NCBI GenBank assembly: GCA_964019335.1
Contig: OZ025759.1
Location: 144,001 to 208,000, forward strand
Length of the DNA stretch: 64,000 nt
Direction: 5' to 3'
Origin: Diplonema japonicum
Lineage: Eukaryota; Protista; Euglenozoa: Diplonemea
Made by a program: the position numbers and the translations under genes. Positions within the stretch are counted from its first letter, which is position 1. Each line of letters starts with the position of its first letter. Below are positions 33,245-46,288 of this stretch, in pieces. The notes under the pieces were generated by a model. That model ran no database searches, was not told where the DNA came from, and worked only from the letters and a program-made list of their open reading frames with translations.

Positions 33245-33759
33245 TATCCTCCCAACAACGACCCCCCCTTCCCGAATCTAACCCAACCGGATTTTTCTGG
33301 TTCTTTAACGTCCTTTTTCTCCTTTTTAGCCCCCCTTTCCAACCTCAACGGGGGCAACGACTCGAGGACAGTGTGTTCCCCCTCCCCTTTTTTTTCTCCT
33401 GATGAACAGAAGCACCTATGGTTATAAATACTTATTTTATTAAGAAACACATTGTGGCTATTGCGCACAAGAAGCAAATACCATGCCTCTCTTTTTCTCG
33501 TGGATAGGAACAGTGCTCGTCTGGTAGGACGCTAGTAGGCCCTTGAAGGGCGCCTTCTGCCTAACATGATGTCTTCACTGTAACGTCTTTTTTTTCGTGG
33601 AAACAGAAAATACATTTAAACCTTTTATTGGTACGCTTCGCTACCTTCTGCCCCTTCCTCACTGCTTATGAATGTGACTCCTACTAACATGCTCTCATTT
33701 CTTTATAGGCGTCAACTCATCAACAAAAAAAAAAAAAAAAAAAAAAAAAAAAGAAAAAA

Positions 33760-34723
33760 ATGTCCAAAGCGATCACAGGGGTTCCCGAGCCTAAGCGGGC
33801 AGCTTCGACGCCCGTGTTCGCCACCAGTGTGGCGGCAACTGTCGAATCTTTCTACAGAAGTGCCTTGAATGCGTTCATCAACAGGGCGCTTCTTGGTCAG
33901 AAGCTGCAGAGGTTATTCCCCGACATGCACGTGCAAGCACCTACCAGGGTGTTGTATATCAACGGTATCAAGCAGAGCAGATCGTGGCTTGCAAACAACG
34001 TCAACCCTGAGGAGTACGGGTCCGCAGCTTCCCTAGTGCGCGCGGGTGTCTGGGTGGGGCCTGGTCTGCTCATGACCCCTATCTCCAGTCTTCTTGAGGC
34101 GGCCAATGCGGGTAACAAGAACCCCGAGCCCCTATTGACTAAGAGGTGGCTTCGTGGTGTGACTGCAAGATGCGTCCGTGAGATCATCTTTGCATGCGGT
34201 GTCAACCAGGTATAGAACAGGGGAAGGGATCACACACAACTACACTCAGCTGTCGGAGTACGTCGAAGACAGCATCCCCATGGAGACCATCTCTAACGGC
34301 CTTTACAGAAACAGTGTTGGGAGTTTGATCGCAGGTATGAGGGATTCCACTTTTTAACCACTCGCAGGTGTTGCCAGTGGGTACTTCAGCCACGTGCCGC
34401 ACAACATGTCTGCTTTGAAGCTGCATTACCCGCAGAAGTATGATTGCTACTAAAAGAAAATAAGTTATTCCCTCAGGACGTACGGTGAACTGTTTGCGGA
34501 GTACGCGCAGAAAAGCGAAGCGCGCCTCCCTGCGAGCATGGCACCCGCCACAAAGCAGTCCGTCGCAAAGGTCTTCTGCGTGCTGTGCCCGCAGGCCCTG
34601 GTGGCGCGTACCACTCAGATCGTGGGAACCTTCATGTTACTTAACGGCTTCATCTACTTGCTGAAGGATGTCAAGCCCACCGAGTACCTCGGTTGGGAGG
34701 ACGGCAAAACTACCAGCGCGTAG
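33760..34723 (+). CDS. Divergent mitochondrial-carrier-like membrane protein, 4 exons
   Basis: Introns 34210-34249 (40 nt), 34335-34367 (33 nt) and 34438-34476 (39 nt) give one frame; GLLMTP.S..LE, W.RG..ARCVRE..F..G, AG..SG..SHVPHNMSALK resemble degenerate carrier repeats. Family call tentative. Confidence 0.6.
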
Positions 34724-34989
34724 ATTCCCGCCGCATCATGATGTTTATATTCCCGTGTCAGTAGTAACCCCCAGCCCCGCCCTTTGCGCTCTGCTGACCG
34801 CCGGCCGAGCTGGTAGTAGGACCTCTTGTAACATCTCTAACTGGGTGTGGTGAGCCCCGTTTTACCCCTCGTCAAGGCAATACATAGCAGTATTCCGATC
34901 TAATTCACTGCCCCTCTTTCTTTCTTCCCTCTTCGTGGTGTTATCTTTTGGCTATCTTTACGGTCATCAACTTCACATAGGTGGCACCC

Positions 34990-36526
34990 ATGGAATGCCT
35001 GAAGGAGAGGGAGCGAGGTTGGACAAAAGCGGCTAAGGTACCGTTAAAGGATGTGTACAGCAGCCTGCTCATAGGGGACGTGTACCAAGAGGTCCCTATG
35101 GTACACCAGAGCAAGTCAAGGAACGTGTGCAACAGTCAGGGGAAGGCGTGGAACCCCATTGCTAGCAGGGTCAGGGCAAAGGACCCGCGGCCACTCTTTG
35201 GTGACATGGACTACTGCGACAAAGAGAGGCTGAGGAGGCAGAACCCTCACAAGGATCCTGTGGAGTGGCAATGTGGTTGCCCCGCTTGCAAAACGGAAGC
35301 TCCCCCCAGGCCCACAAAAGGTACAAACGGTGGTGTTGGCAAACACTCCGTTGTCTCTGAAGTGGCGTACACGTCACTGCTGACGACACCAAGACCTTTA
35401 CGGTGCCACAAAGCCCGACTCGACGAGGAGGGCAGGCCCGTGGAAAAGCCAAGAAGAGGAAGGAGCGTAGGTAGCCAGCAGAGTGTGGGGCGAGAACGGT
35501 ATCCAGCCATTCGTAGGGAACACGAAGAACACTACACGGAACGCCCTATAGAGGGTACGGTGCAGCTCGATGACGATGTATTCAAGATCACTTACAAGAA
35601 CGGCGATGTCTACCACGGACAGGTGCACAACAACATGAGGAACGGGAACGGGATCACCGTATACGCGTGTGGAGGGACCCTGTCCTGCTGGTGGGTGGAC
35701 GACAGGCCCAATGGGTACGGTGAACGGACATGGCCAGACGGATCTGTGTTTGAAGGTGTGTGGAGGGACGGGAAACCGAGCGGGCAGGGGAGGATGAAAT
35801 ACAGTGACGGGGGTATTTACCACGGAATGTGGTACAACGGGAGCCGAGACGGGCAGGGTGAGGTTTACGATCCCGTGTCGGGGACCGTGCTTCTTGGCTT
35901 CTGGGAAAACGATCAACAGCTCAGTATCACGTACAAGATAACCTCTGACGGCACTGCGCATATATACGACAGCGGCTCGTACATACCTGCGAGGATACCC
36001 GTCTTCTCTAAGATCTTGGAAGGACAGAAGCAGGCAACATCGACACCGACACCTGCTCCCAGAACCCCTGCGGCTTCGTCCTCGCCACCTGCTGTTTCAA
36101 CACCTTCTATCAGCTCATCGTCGGAATCGTTTGTCTCCCCAGCGAGGGAAAAACACACCCCTTTGGCGATGGGAAGGTCGAGGTCAGCACCGCAGATGCA
36201 GTACTTGGCGGACTGCGCCTCGGAGATGTCTGTATCACCTGTGCCAGTGGACGAGTACGTGTACATTCTACAAGGAGGCGACCAGTCCTCCTGCGACACT
36301 CCTTCCGAGCACAAGCTCGACTTAGATGCGATGAGCGGGTCACCTAAGATGTCCCCTTCGCCTCGTTACTCTAGGAGCCAGCAGCAAGTAACTCCACGGA
36401 GGGCCTCCTATTCACCAGAGGGCCTGACACCGGGTTACTCCAGGTATTGTACAACAAACATTTATAACTAAACACAGCAATGCGTCCCCCGAGTACTACG
36501 ACCACTCCCGTGTCAGGAGCTATTAG
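34990..36526 (+). CDS. MORN-repeat protein with N-terminal Cys motif, 2 exons
   Basis: Y.NGDVYHG, GYG..TWPDGSVFEGVWRDGKPSGQG, YSDGGIYHGMWYNG.RDGQG; intron 36444-36477 (34 nt) extends the end to TAG 36524-36526. Confidence 0.8.
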
Positions 36527-36789
36527 TTACCCGTCCTTTTCTTAGTTTGTAAAATAATAGACGGGTCTTGTGGAAGCACCTGGCATGAAGGTACATTCCA
36601 CCCCGTAGCCCCTTTTGTGCCGCATTAAACTAAACGCCGCTAGGGAGGCACCTCGGACTAATTTCAGCATAAGCCATTAATGTGTGTTCTACAGAGTACC
36701 GTAGCATCCTGGGCCGTTGGGCCATGTAATGTATTGTTCTTAGTTAGAAAATCTTTTGCAAACATTGTAAGCATGTAGGTGGGGTGGGG

Positions 36790-39700
36790 ATGCAGAGTTC
36801 GTGTGTGTGTTGTGATGGAGATGGGATGCGGATAGCATCGCAGGTGCACAGGCTGGCGGTGAAGCTGGCTAGTAGCGATGCTAGAGCGAGGCGGAGAGCA
36901 GCGGCTGACTTAAGAGCGCTGAACGATATGACATTAGGGGCTGATCCACAGAAGCTCATGCCTTTCATAAGGACTCTCCAAGATTCGCTTCAAGAGCTGA
37001 CAAATAACAGAACACTGCAGCCACGCATGGGAGCTGCGTGTGCCTGCCTTGAGCTGGGGCGCTCGATACACCTAGAAGACGTGCAGGTGGCGGCTATCCA
37101 CAAAATCGTGTACCAGCTGTTGGACACCTCGAACATCCCTCTAGCGAAGCTAGCGACGGATGCCCTGTGCGCTGTGCTGCGAAAGTCTGTTGTTCAAGGC
37201 GAAATAATAGAAGCGGAGTCGAACCGCTGCCGTGAGTGGATCACAGCGAAGAAGGACAAACTCCTTACCGCATGTGTTGTGCTGAAAGGTCTGTCCTCCG
37301 CTGCAGGTGGCTACATGGTTCCGCATGTCACAGCTATCATGAAGGATTTGTACTCCATTGTCAAAAGGACCGACAACGAGGAGTTGCTTCAGTATGCCTC
37401 CGAGGCCACTGCGTCCCTTGCGGCGTACCTCCTGCAACACGATACGTCCAACGGCCAGCACGCTGTTGAGGGCTTCTGTGCAGTTTTGCTCGGAGCCCTC
37501 CCAGGCGGCACGAAAGAAAGAGAACAGCGAGGGGCCATCACGGTGCTATGCAGCCTTGTGTCTAAGCTCCCCCTTAAGCTAGTCAACGCGACCATCGCTT
37601 CTGCGCTGCACACACCACAGCCGGTGCCTCTTATTGGGTTACTGATAGCCAGGATAGCAGAGATGGGGCCTCCTAAGTTTGCAGACTTGTTCGACAACAG
37701 CTTTGTTTGCCTTCGGAAAATTCTAACAAAGCACCCCAACAACAGCGTCGCCATGCAAGCTTTGAAGAGTTTGCTGACGTCTCTTCTGCAGCTATCCAAT
37801 GGCATCACAGTGCTGGTCCCTCATGTGAGCGCACTTTTGTCATACGTCCAAGGTAGCGATGACACCACTGCGGTGACTTGTCTCATAATGCTTCTGCGTG
37901 CTAAGGATGACCTGAAGCTTACCCGGTTAGCTTTAAAGAGAGTCTGTGACTTGAGAAGTGGCACCCGTGGCCCCCTTTTAGCAGACCTTGCAGCGCACCT
38001 CACTATGCGCGACGAAGTGCAGCAGCGCATCATGCAACTGTGTCTCAAGGAACTGGAGTCCATGAACACTGCCACGGTGATCGGTGCGCTCCAAGACCTT
38101 TCGCACGTCAAATTCACACCAGAGGATGCTAACCTACAATTTTTCACCACCTTTGTTGTTCCCTGTTGCCGCAGCCACAAGGATCCAGAAGTGCGTTGCA
38201 CGGCACGCGTGACCTGTCTTGCCATCCTTAGGCAATTCAACTTTGACAGCACAATCCTGAGGGAGGTCCTTACCTCTGTGATGTGCGATCTCGACATTGA
38301 TAACAGGATAGAAGGCATCAAGGCGTTGTCCGCGATCGATGATTTGTCACTTCTTTCTGAGAAGAAGTGCGCGCGAGCACTCTGTATAGGGCTCATGGAT
38401 GTTGACGAAGAGGTCAGGAGACTAAGCACGCAGCTGCTGTGCAGGATCTGCGCTTGCGTTCCACAGGCGGTAGCACAGAAGCTGAGCAACCACTTGAAGA
38501 ACTCCTACAGCATCCTTGAGAATTACCCGTGTGCGCACCACCAGTCAGAAGCTGCATATATGCTGGGGCTATGTTACACTGCATTAAAAAAGGCCGAGCA
38601 GGATATTCCTATCGATGCCGCCAAGCTCATGTCACTCTTCCAAAAGAGACTTCGAGAGTGCCTTCCTACCTCGATGCTGCAGTATGGGGTGCTCCGGTCT
38701 GTGGGACTCATCGCCGATGCAGAATGGGAGCTAGTGGACAAAATGGCAAAGGATCTCATCCCGCAGTTAGTGGCTGTGATCCAGCAGCAAGATTTGTCTC
38801 AGTGCACAGAGCCTGCGGTGACAGCTTTGAGGAGGGTATTGCAGTGTAGTGGTGGCGTATTCCCTGCATTCAAGGAACACTCGGGGCTGTTTGGTAGACT
38901 TCTGTCACTGCTGCATCACAGCAGGGGTGCTGGGTTTGGGACAAGACTTGAAGTTATGAAATTAATAGGAGTGCTTGGAGCTATCGAACCTTCGACAGCG
39001 AGAAGGCTGCAGACCAGCAGCAACGGGAGAGACTTCAAAAGTGATGTTTCACAGAAAGACTTTTCTAGTGCTTGGAGTTCCATAGCAGTGCTACTAGATG
39101 TGCTGAACCAGCCGTGGCACAGCTCATATCATGATCACGTGGCGCAGTCTATCGTGACAGTCCTCAAGCTCCTCGGTGCGCGACGTGCTTGTCTGCAGGT
39201 ACCGCGCATTGTTCCAGTCATCCTGCGCCTTCTTCAAGAAAAGAGCGGAAAGGGCGAGAAGTGCCCTGTCATGTGGTCCACCTTAGCCAACGTGCTTGCA
39301 ATCAACGGTACTGCTGCTGAAAATCTTCAGCCGAACGTTGAGCCCATCTGCGAGCTGATCACACAGAGGTGGTTCAGTGTGGATGACACCGAGCAGGTCA
39401 GCATGGCGAGTATCGTCAGCGAGCTTCACAACAACAAGTGCGACATCACACCTGTGCTGGATTCCTTCATCCCTCGCCTGTCGGACGCTGCTGTGCGAGA
39501 CAGAAGCGTCGAGAGGGTGCTGGCAACCAAGGCCTGCGTTGTGTTTGAGCAATTGCGCGACGTCCTGAAGCCTTACATGCATATGGCTGCCGTGTGCTTA
39601 GTCTCAGTGTTGACTGGTTATGAACAAACAAGCACTATGAAGTTGAGATGTTTGCAGTCCATTTCTTCCCTTTCGAAGACTGACACTTTGGGTGAGTCGG

Positions 39701-42700
39701 CTGTCCTGATTGCGCAGGCCCTCATGCAACAGCTATCGCTGAACGAAACGGAAGGTGGTGGTAACATCAAGTACGGAAGCTTCGTGATGTCAAACGCGAG
39801 TTTCAATAGCATGGCATCGTCTAAGAGCGAGGTGCTGAGCACTTACTATACAGAGATAGCTTACACTTTAAAAGAGATCTTGGACAGGTCGAGACACGTG
39901 TGGCCGTTAGCACAGGCCGCACGGGACATCCTGCGGCCGTACTACTTCGACGACAACCTGACTGACTCCATCATAAGGGGTACTAAGGAGAACCAGCCGT
40001 ACCAGCCTGCGAATCTCGCCCCCAATGTGTCCATTATGCGTTCGCACCTTCGTGTCAAGAAGGACTTCACCCACCGTGACTTCATGCAGTGGTTCGACAG
40101 GCTGTGCCTCACACTTCTTAAGGAGTCAACGAGAAGCGTCCTGAGGGCTGTGGCAACACCCGCCAGCGGGCTGCCTATCATCGCCAGGGGTCTACTGAAT
40201 GTGTCTTTCGCCGTGTGTCACCGTGATCTACAGTACGACAACCCTGAAGTTGCAAGTGAGATGCTGGATTTTCTCCAGAAGGCCTTACAAAGCGATGTAC
40301 CGGAAGATGTTTTGCGGCCATTGTTAGACTTGTCGGACTACCTAGAGAGGTTCTCGATGGTAGAGGAGCGGCTGGACCCGTCAGTAAACCCAAGCAAGCT
40401 GATGCGCATGGTTAATCCTTCGCATCAAGCGCACCTTGCAGAGAGGTGTGGGCTGCACACGAAAGCTCTCAGGTTGGCGGAGTGCTGTGATGTTTCGGAA
40501 GCGGTGTCTTACAGGCAGCTTGTACGGGTGAATGTCCACTTGGGTCTACCCGAGGCAGCGGAGGGCATTATGCGCATGGTGCAGAAGAGCGACATTAGCG
40601 ATGCCGAGATGTACGCTGACCTTGGGCTGTGGACAGAAGCCCTTGTACGCTACGAAGCACAGCTTAACACGTGCACGCCAGACACGCTTCCCGAGATTGT
40701 GGTGGGCATGATGACGGCATTAGACAAGAAGGGCGACTGGCACAAGATGCTTCAGTGTGTGGGAAAGTACTGGACGGAAGACCATGCTGGTTTAAAGGAG
40801 TCCATCGCACCCATGGTGACACACGGCGCGTGGCTCATGTCGAAGTGGGATCTTTTGGAAGAAGCCTCCAGCAAAATCCCCGACAGCGTGATATCGACTT
40901 CCAGCACGTTTTATAAAGCAGTTCTTGCCGTGCAGCGTGATAACCTTGCTGAAGCGTTGCAGCTCGTCGACCAATGCAGAAACGAAATCGATGAGAGGAT
41001 GGCAGCGTCCAGCTATCAAGCATACAGTCTTCGCGTCACGCTGCAACATCTAACCGAGATAGAAGAGATGATCGAGTACAAGACAACAACTTGTAACAAG
41101 CGACGAGTGAAGCTGAGGTCCCTGTGGACAGAGCGCCAGGAGACCATGCAGCTCAGCACCAGGCACATTCAAGACACCTTGACACTGCGTTCACTTGTGA
41201 TCCCCAAGCAGGATGACTTGGACAAATGGGTGAGTTTCGCAATGAACTGCCACAAGCTGGGGCAGACAGATACAGCTATTCAGATCTTAAATGGACTGAA
41301 AACAGAGGTGCAGCCGACAGAGAAGCTTAACCTGGCAATTTACGAGGTGCAGTGGGACACAGGTCACAAGAGCCGCTTAGAGTTGTTCCAGGCACTGAAG
41401 GAGGTGATCCAGAACATGGACCCTACTGGGCAGGAAGAGACACACGAGGAGTGCTGCCTCACCCTTAGCACGTGGGGGCTGCACCTGGAGAGGCCATTGA
41501 TGGAAATCCTCGACCCCATCCAGCGCACGACGGTTATACATGGGAGCTACACGTCTTGGAACCACTGGGCACTGCTGAATCTGCGCATTGTGTTCAGGTC
41601 CATGGCAAGGAAGTCAGAGCACTACAAGTATCTCGAAGAGTCCATCAGGGGCTTCCAGAAGTGTATCGAGTTTAGCACCGATAACGATTTGCTAATGCAG
41701 GATGCTATGCGGGTGCTGCATATTGCGAACGACTACCTTGACATGGTCAACACACCCAATGCCCTTAATACACTTATCAAGGAAGCATGCTTGTCTATCA
41801 AGCCCTCGTTGTGGTCCCTGCTCATTCCACAGGTTGTCACAAAGTTAAGCAGTAAAAAGCCTGAGCTCATGGAGCTCGGTGTGGAACTTTGCAAGAAAAT
41901 AGCAGATGCTGACCCGCAGGTATCACTGTTAAATCAAACTATTGAATCATAACACCACATAACACCACAGATTGTGTTGTTCCACTTGCTGGTCGACAAT
42001 AGCACAGGCGCCAAGCAGGTTTTGTATCGCATCAGGAAGTCGCAAAATACGTTAGTGGAAGAAGCTTCTGCAGTGGCGAAGGAGTTGATCCGTGTGACTG
42101 TGTCGTGGGAGGAGAAGTGGATAGGTGCTCTCGCTAAAATACATGCCCTGTTCTCCTCCAACAGTGCAACAGTTGAGAACGTGCAAGCATTGCTCAACCC
42201 GCTGTATGAGTTGTTGTTGAAGGCGCGCACCATGAGGGAACAACAGTTCATTACCAATAACCTTCAGAAACTGAAGGAGGCTCAGGAGGCACTTGTAGCA
42301 TGGTCTTCTGAGGCTCCTTTTGGAAACCCTTCGAAGGTAAAGCAACACTACATCGAGCTGTGGCGCAACCTTCATGAGTCCCTCGTCACTACCATCGATC
42401 TCAAGGAGATGTCACCAAAGTTGGCAGAAGCAAGGAACCTGCTTGTGGGCATTCCTGGTGTGAGCATATACAGCGATGTGAAGATCCACTCCTTTGAGCA
42501 CACAGTGCCCATCATCCTCTCTGTGCAGCGCCCCCGCAAGCTAAGCATCATAGGTACAGACGGCAACTCGTACAGGTTCCTTTTGAAAGGTAACGAAGAC
42601 CTCAGGCTGGACGAGCGTATCATGCAACTGCTTGCGATGGCGAACACGTTGCTGAAGAGGGGGTCTATCTACAAGATCGTGGACACAGTAGTGTACCCGG

Positions 42701-43962
42701 TCGTTCCGTTGGCGTGTGACATAGGCCTCATTGGGTGGGTGGATGACGCTGAAGACATCGAGAGGGTCATCAACCACGCTAGGCAAGAAAAGCAGAAAGA
42801 TGCCGAGATGCAAGTGGTGGCGGAGCATTTCGGTGTGAACAAGGTGGATTGGGACGCCCTTACCCACGAGAAGTCAGTGGAAGCACTTCAGGTCATCGAA
42901 GGAAAGTGTCCAGGTGACACCTTGCAGCTCGCGTTGTGGTTGCGCGCGGCGACCTCCGAAGTGTGGTTCGAAAGGCGCACAGCTTTCACACAATCGCTGG
43001 CTGTGATGTCAATGATCGGGTTCCTGATAGGGTTGGGCGACAGACATCTCGGGAACATCCTTCTGCACGGGCCCACAGGGCGTGTCGTGCACATCGATTT
43101 CGGAGAGTGCTTCGAAGCTGCTATGGAAAGAAAAGCGTTCCCCGAGTGCGTGCCATTCAGGCTGACGAGACAACTGCGCAATGCCATGGGCGTGGGCGGT
43201 GCTGAGGGCGTCTTCCGCCGTACGGCTATTGGAACCATGAGCACACTGCGGAACTCCAAGCAGTCCATTCTGGTCACACTGGAGTCCTTTGTCTATGACC
43301 CACTTATACAACAGGGCAAGCTGAAGCCGGATGAAGCAAAGCCGAAGAGAACTAGCAACAAGGCAGCACGTATCCTAAGGAGGGTGCAACACAAACTGGA
43401 AGGCACTGATGGGTGTTGCGACGAAGATGTGCCAATCAAGTATCTCACACCCCCGAAGCAGTACCCCGACAGCATCTACAGCCAAAGGGACGGCTACAAG
43501 ACGTACATTCAGGGTTTAGGAATTGCGTCCCTCGAGACGAACAGCATGATGAGCTGCTGCGAATGTGAGTATGACTTGATGTTCCCAGCCTGTGTCTACA
43601 CCCAGAGGGACAATGGTGTCTTCAAGAACATCTACGAGAGGTCACCTGTTGTTGAGTGCAAGGTCATGTGCCCGCAGGAACACTACATGATAGGAGTGCA
43701 CCAGATGAAGGCTTTGCAGACCTGTTACCAGTGCAAAAAGACAGCAACGACGAAGACGCAGTGCCAGTACCTATGTTGCCCTACGTGCGCTATTGACGTG
43801 TGCCCAGACTGCGTTGATGCCACGCCTACCGACCACCTTCTAAGCACTGACCTCCCTGGCACACGCGATGATGTCGTTGCACAAGTTGACAGGCTCATCC
43901 ACGAGGCCACATCACCCCACAAACTAGCGAAGCTTTATAAAGGCTGGAAGCCGTGGGTGTGA
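36790..43962 (+). CDS. TOR: Divergent TOR-family PIKK kinase (HEAT, FAT, FRB-like, kinase, Cys-rich insert, FATC), 2 exons
   Basis: EVMKLIGVLGAIEP, W..LIPQ, ELIRV..SW.E.W, S.QRPRKL...GTDG..Y.FLLKGNEDLRLDER.MQL, GLGDRH.GN, HIDFG, FPE.VPFRLTR, FATC QV..LI.EATS..LA.LY.GW.PW; intron 41920-41970 (51 nt). Start codon uncertain. Confidence 0.9.
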
Positions 43963-44216
43963 TTGGGCAGCGTTTCAATTTAGTGTTGTGATTGCCTCAA
44001 TTTCTTTTTTGTTTTGTTTCTGGCTTTGTTGCCTGCCAGCAACCTCTTGTATCCTTCATTAGACTGTGTCATGTGAATATCAAGGCTCGGCGCTTCGCTG
44101 TCATCAGCTCTAGTGTCACCCGCTAACCCGCGTAAGTATGAGAGTGTTGTTGTGCTACCGTGTTTGTATTGTATTCCTTGCCTTCTGTATTTACGCCCAC
44201 ACAGATAAACCCTAAT

Positions 44217-45728
44217 ATGCGTGCTGCACTGTTGTTGGCGTGTGTAGTGGCTTGCAGTGGGGCGCCCATGATCTGGCCGCTCCCTGCACAGTACACCAAC
44301 GGAACGACTGCCATCCTGATAAACGGGTTAGCTTTTAAGTTCACGACAAAGAAAAGCTCTGCCGATCTGACAGCTGCTTTCGCGCGTTACACAGAACAGA
44401 CATTCCCGCACAGACCTGTAGGGACAAGCGGCATCGCCGTCGCTGATGTCACTGTTACCAACCCGAGCTCTGAACTGCAGCTTGGGGCTGACGAAGCATA
44501 CACCCTCTCGGTGACTGCCAGCGCCATCACCATCACGGCAGGCACACAGTTCGGTGCCTACTACGCAATGGAGACCTTGTCTCAGCTCATAACCTTTGAT
44601 TTCGACACGCAGCAGTACCTAGTGAAGGACGGCCCCTGGTCCATCACTGATAAGCCTCGGTTCATGCACCGTGAGGTACTTGTCGACTCTGCAAGGCATT
44701 TCCAACCTGTGGCCTCCATCAAGAACATCATCCAGAGCTTCACTTACGCGAAGATCAATACTTTCCACTGGCATCTTGTTGACAAGCAGTCCTTCCCTTA
44801 CATGGCACCCTCGTACCCCAAGTTGGCGCAAAAGGGCGCCTTCTCGAAGTACGAGAGGTTCTCCCAAAACGACGTCCAAGATGTAGTGGAGTACGCCCGT
44901 CAGCGTGGTGTGCGTGTGGTGGTAGAGATTGATACGCCTGGGCACGCTGCTGCGATGTGCGAGGGACACCCGGAGATCTGCCCCTCGATGGAGTGCAGGC
45001 AGCCGCTGAACCCCACAACCAACGCTACCTTCGATCTTATCGCCGGCCTGTTCAAGGATCTGAAGGAGGTGACCATCGATGATCATTTCCACATTGGCGG
45101 CGACGAAGTAGACACTGCTTGCTGGACACTGACGCCGCACGTGGCGACATGGATGGAGCAGAACCACATGACGCCGAAGGAGACGTATGGGTACTTCAGC
45201 GGGAGGGTGTCGCAGAGCGTCTTCGACATGGGGAAGTCCGTGACAGGCTGGGAGGAGCTGTGGGACCACTTTGGGACGAAGCTGGACAACCGCACCATCA
45301 TCCAACAGTGGAAGAGGGGGTCCAAGATCGCAAAGAAGGCCATCGAAGCAGGGTACAGAGTGATCTGGTCCACCGACGGTGTGTGGTACCTTGATGGCCT
45401 GCACGTGACATGGGAGACGATGTACGAGCAGGAGCCTTGCAACGGCATTCCGACCGAATCGTGCGACAAGCTAATGCTTGGCGGCGGTGGTGAGATGTGG
45501 GGAGAGACCGTTGACACCAGCGACATCCAAAACACTGTGTGGCCCAGGATGGCCGCCATCGCTGAGAGGCTGTGGTCCCCCCGCACTGTTACTGACACGA
45601 ATGCAGCAGCGCCTCGCATTGCTTACTTCAGGTGCCTCCTCAACCGACGTGGTGTGGGTGCCGCACCTGTCAACAACAAGAAGGCAAGGGAGGCCCCGTC
45701 AGGTCCCGGCAGCTGCTTCGACCAGTAA
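44217..45728 (+). CDS. Beta-N-acetylhexosaminidase (GH20), secreted/lysosomal
   Basis: Signal peptide, IWPLP, D.PRF.HR...DSARHF, N.FHWH.VD.QSFP, EIDTPGH, catalytic HIGGDE, MWGE, WPR.AA.AERLWS. Confidence 0.93.
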   Translation: MRAALLLACVVACSGAPMIWPLPAQYTNGTTAILINGLAFKFTTKKSSADLTAAFARYTEQTFPHRPVGTSGIAVADVTVTNPSSELQLGADEAYTLSVTASAITITAGTQFGAYYAMETLSQLITFDFDTQQYLVKDGPWSITDKPRFMHREVLVDSARHFQPVASIKNIIQSFTYAKINTFHWHLVDKQSFPYMAPSYPKLAQKGAFSKYERFSQNDVQDVVEYARQRGVRVVVEIDTPGHAAAMCEGHPEICPSMECRQPLNPTTNATFDLIAGLFKDLKEVTIDDHFHIGGDEVDTACWTLTPHVATWMEQNHMTPKETYGYFSGRVSQSVFDMGKSVTGWEELWDHFGTKLDNRTIIQQWKRGSKIAKKAIEAGYRVIWSTDGVWYLDGLHVTWETMYEQEPCNGIPTESCDKLMLGGGGEMWGETVDTSDIQNTVWPRMAAIAERLWSPRTVTDTNAAAPRIAYFRCLLNRRGVGAAPVNNKKAREAPSGPGSCFDQ

Positions 45729-45827
45729 GAAGGTAATTGTCGTTTTAGTTTTTTTAAAAAAAGAAAACTGGAATCTTTATGGTTTTTTCTTTTCGTTTTG
45801 TGTGTGTTTCCCTCTCTTATTTTTCCC

Positions 45828-45983
45828 CCCCTACTTAGCACGACTCCAAGCAATGTTTCTCGCTCAGATGCCATCCATCTCATCGCGACGAACAGCCACC
45901 GCACCAGAGCAACCGCAGAACGGTGACCGATTAGTGTGAATTTCTTCCTGAACAGTGAGCACCCCCATGCACACTGAAATTTT
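45828..45983 (+). repeat. Dispersed ~155-bp repeat, copy B
   Basis: Diverged copy of 22858-23015, ~100 bp after the hexosaminidase stop. Confidence 0.9.
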
Positions 45984-46288
45984 ATCGAATTTTTTTTTCC
46001 CCCCGGTGGGTCGTTGATAACATTTTTTCCTGCCGGTGTGAGCTCCCGTTATCGTGATAGCGTGTCATGTTGAGCCTTTTAAGTAAACTTACCCTTTTAC
46101 TTGTCAACGTTCTTCTCCGATTAGTTGTGCCCCTGGCACCATGCGGTCAAGATATATTAGTATTCAATTGACATACGTGTGCAAGATCCATAGGGCTTTT
46201 TTGCCCCGTATCTAGTGTACGGTGCACTACTGTGTATTCCCCCCCTTTAAGAATTCTCTGCAAAAAAATAATAGTTCTTAAGGTAACG

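Noticed and set aside
34735-34800. Possible C/D snoRNA (ATGATG...CTGA); similar hints near 47685-47718
   Set aside because: Imperfect box C, no terminal stem and no identifiable rRNA guide.
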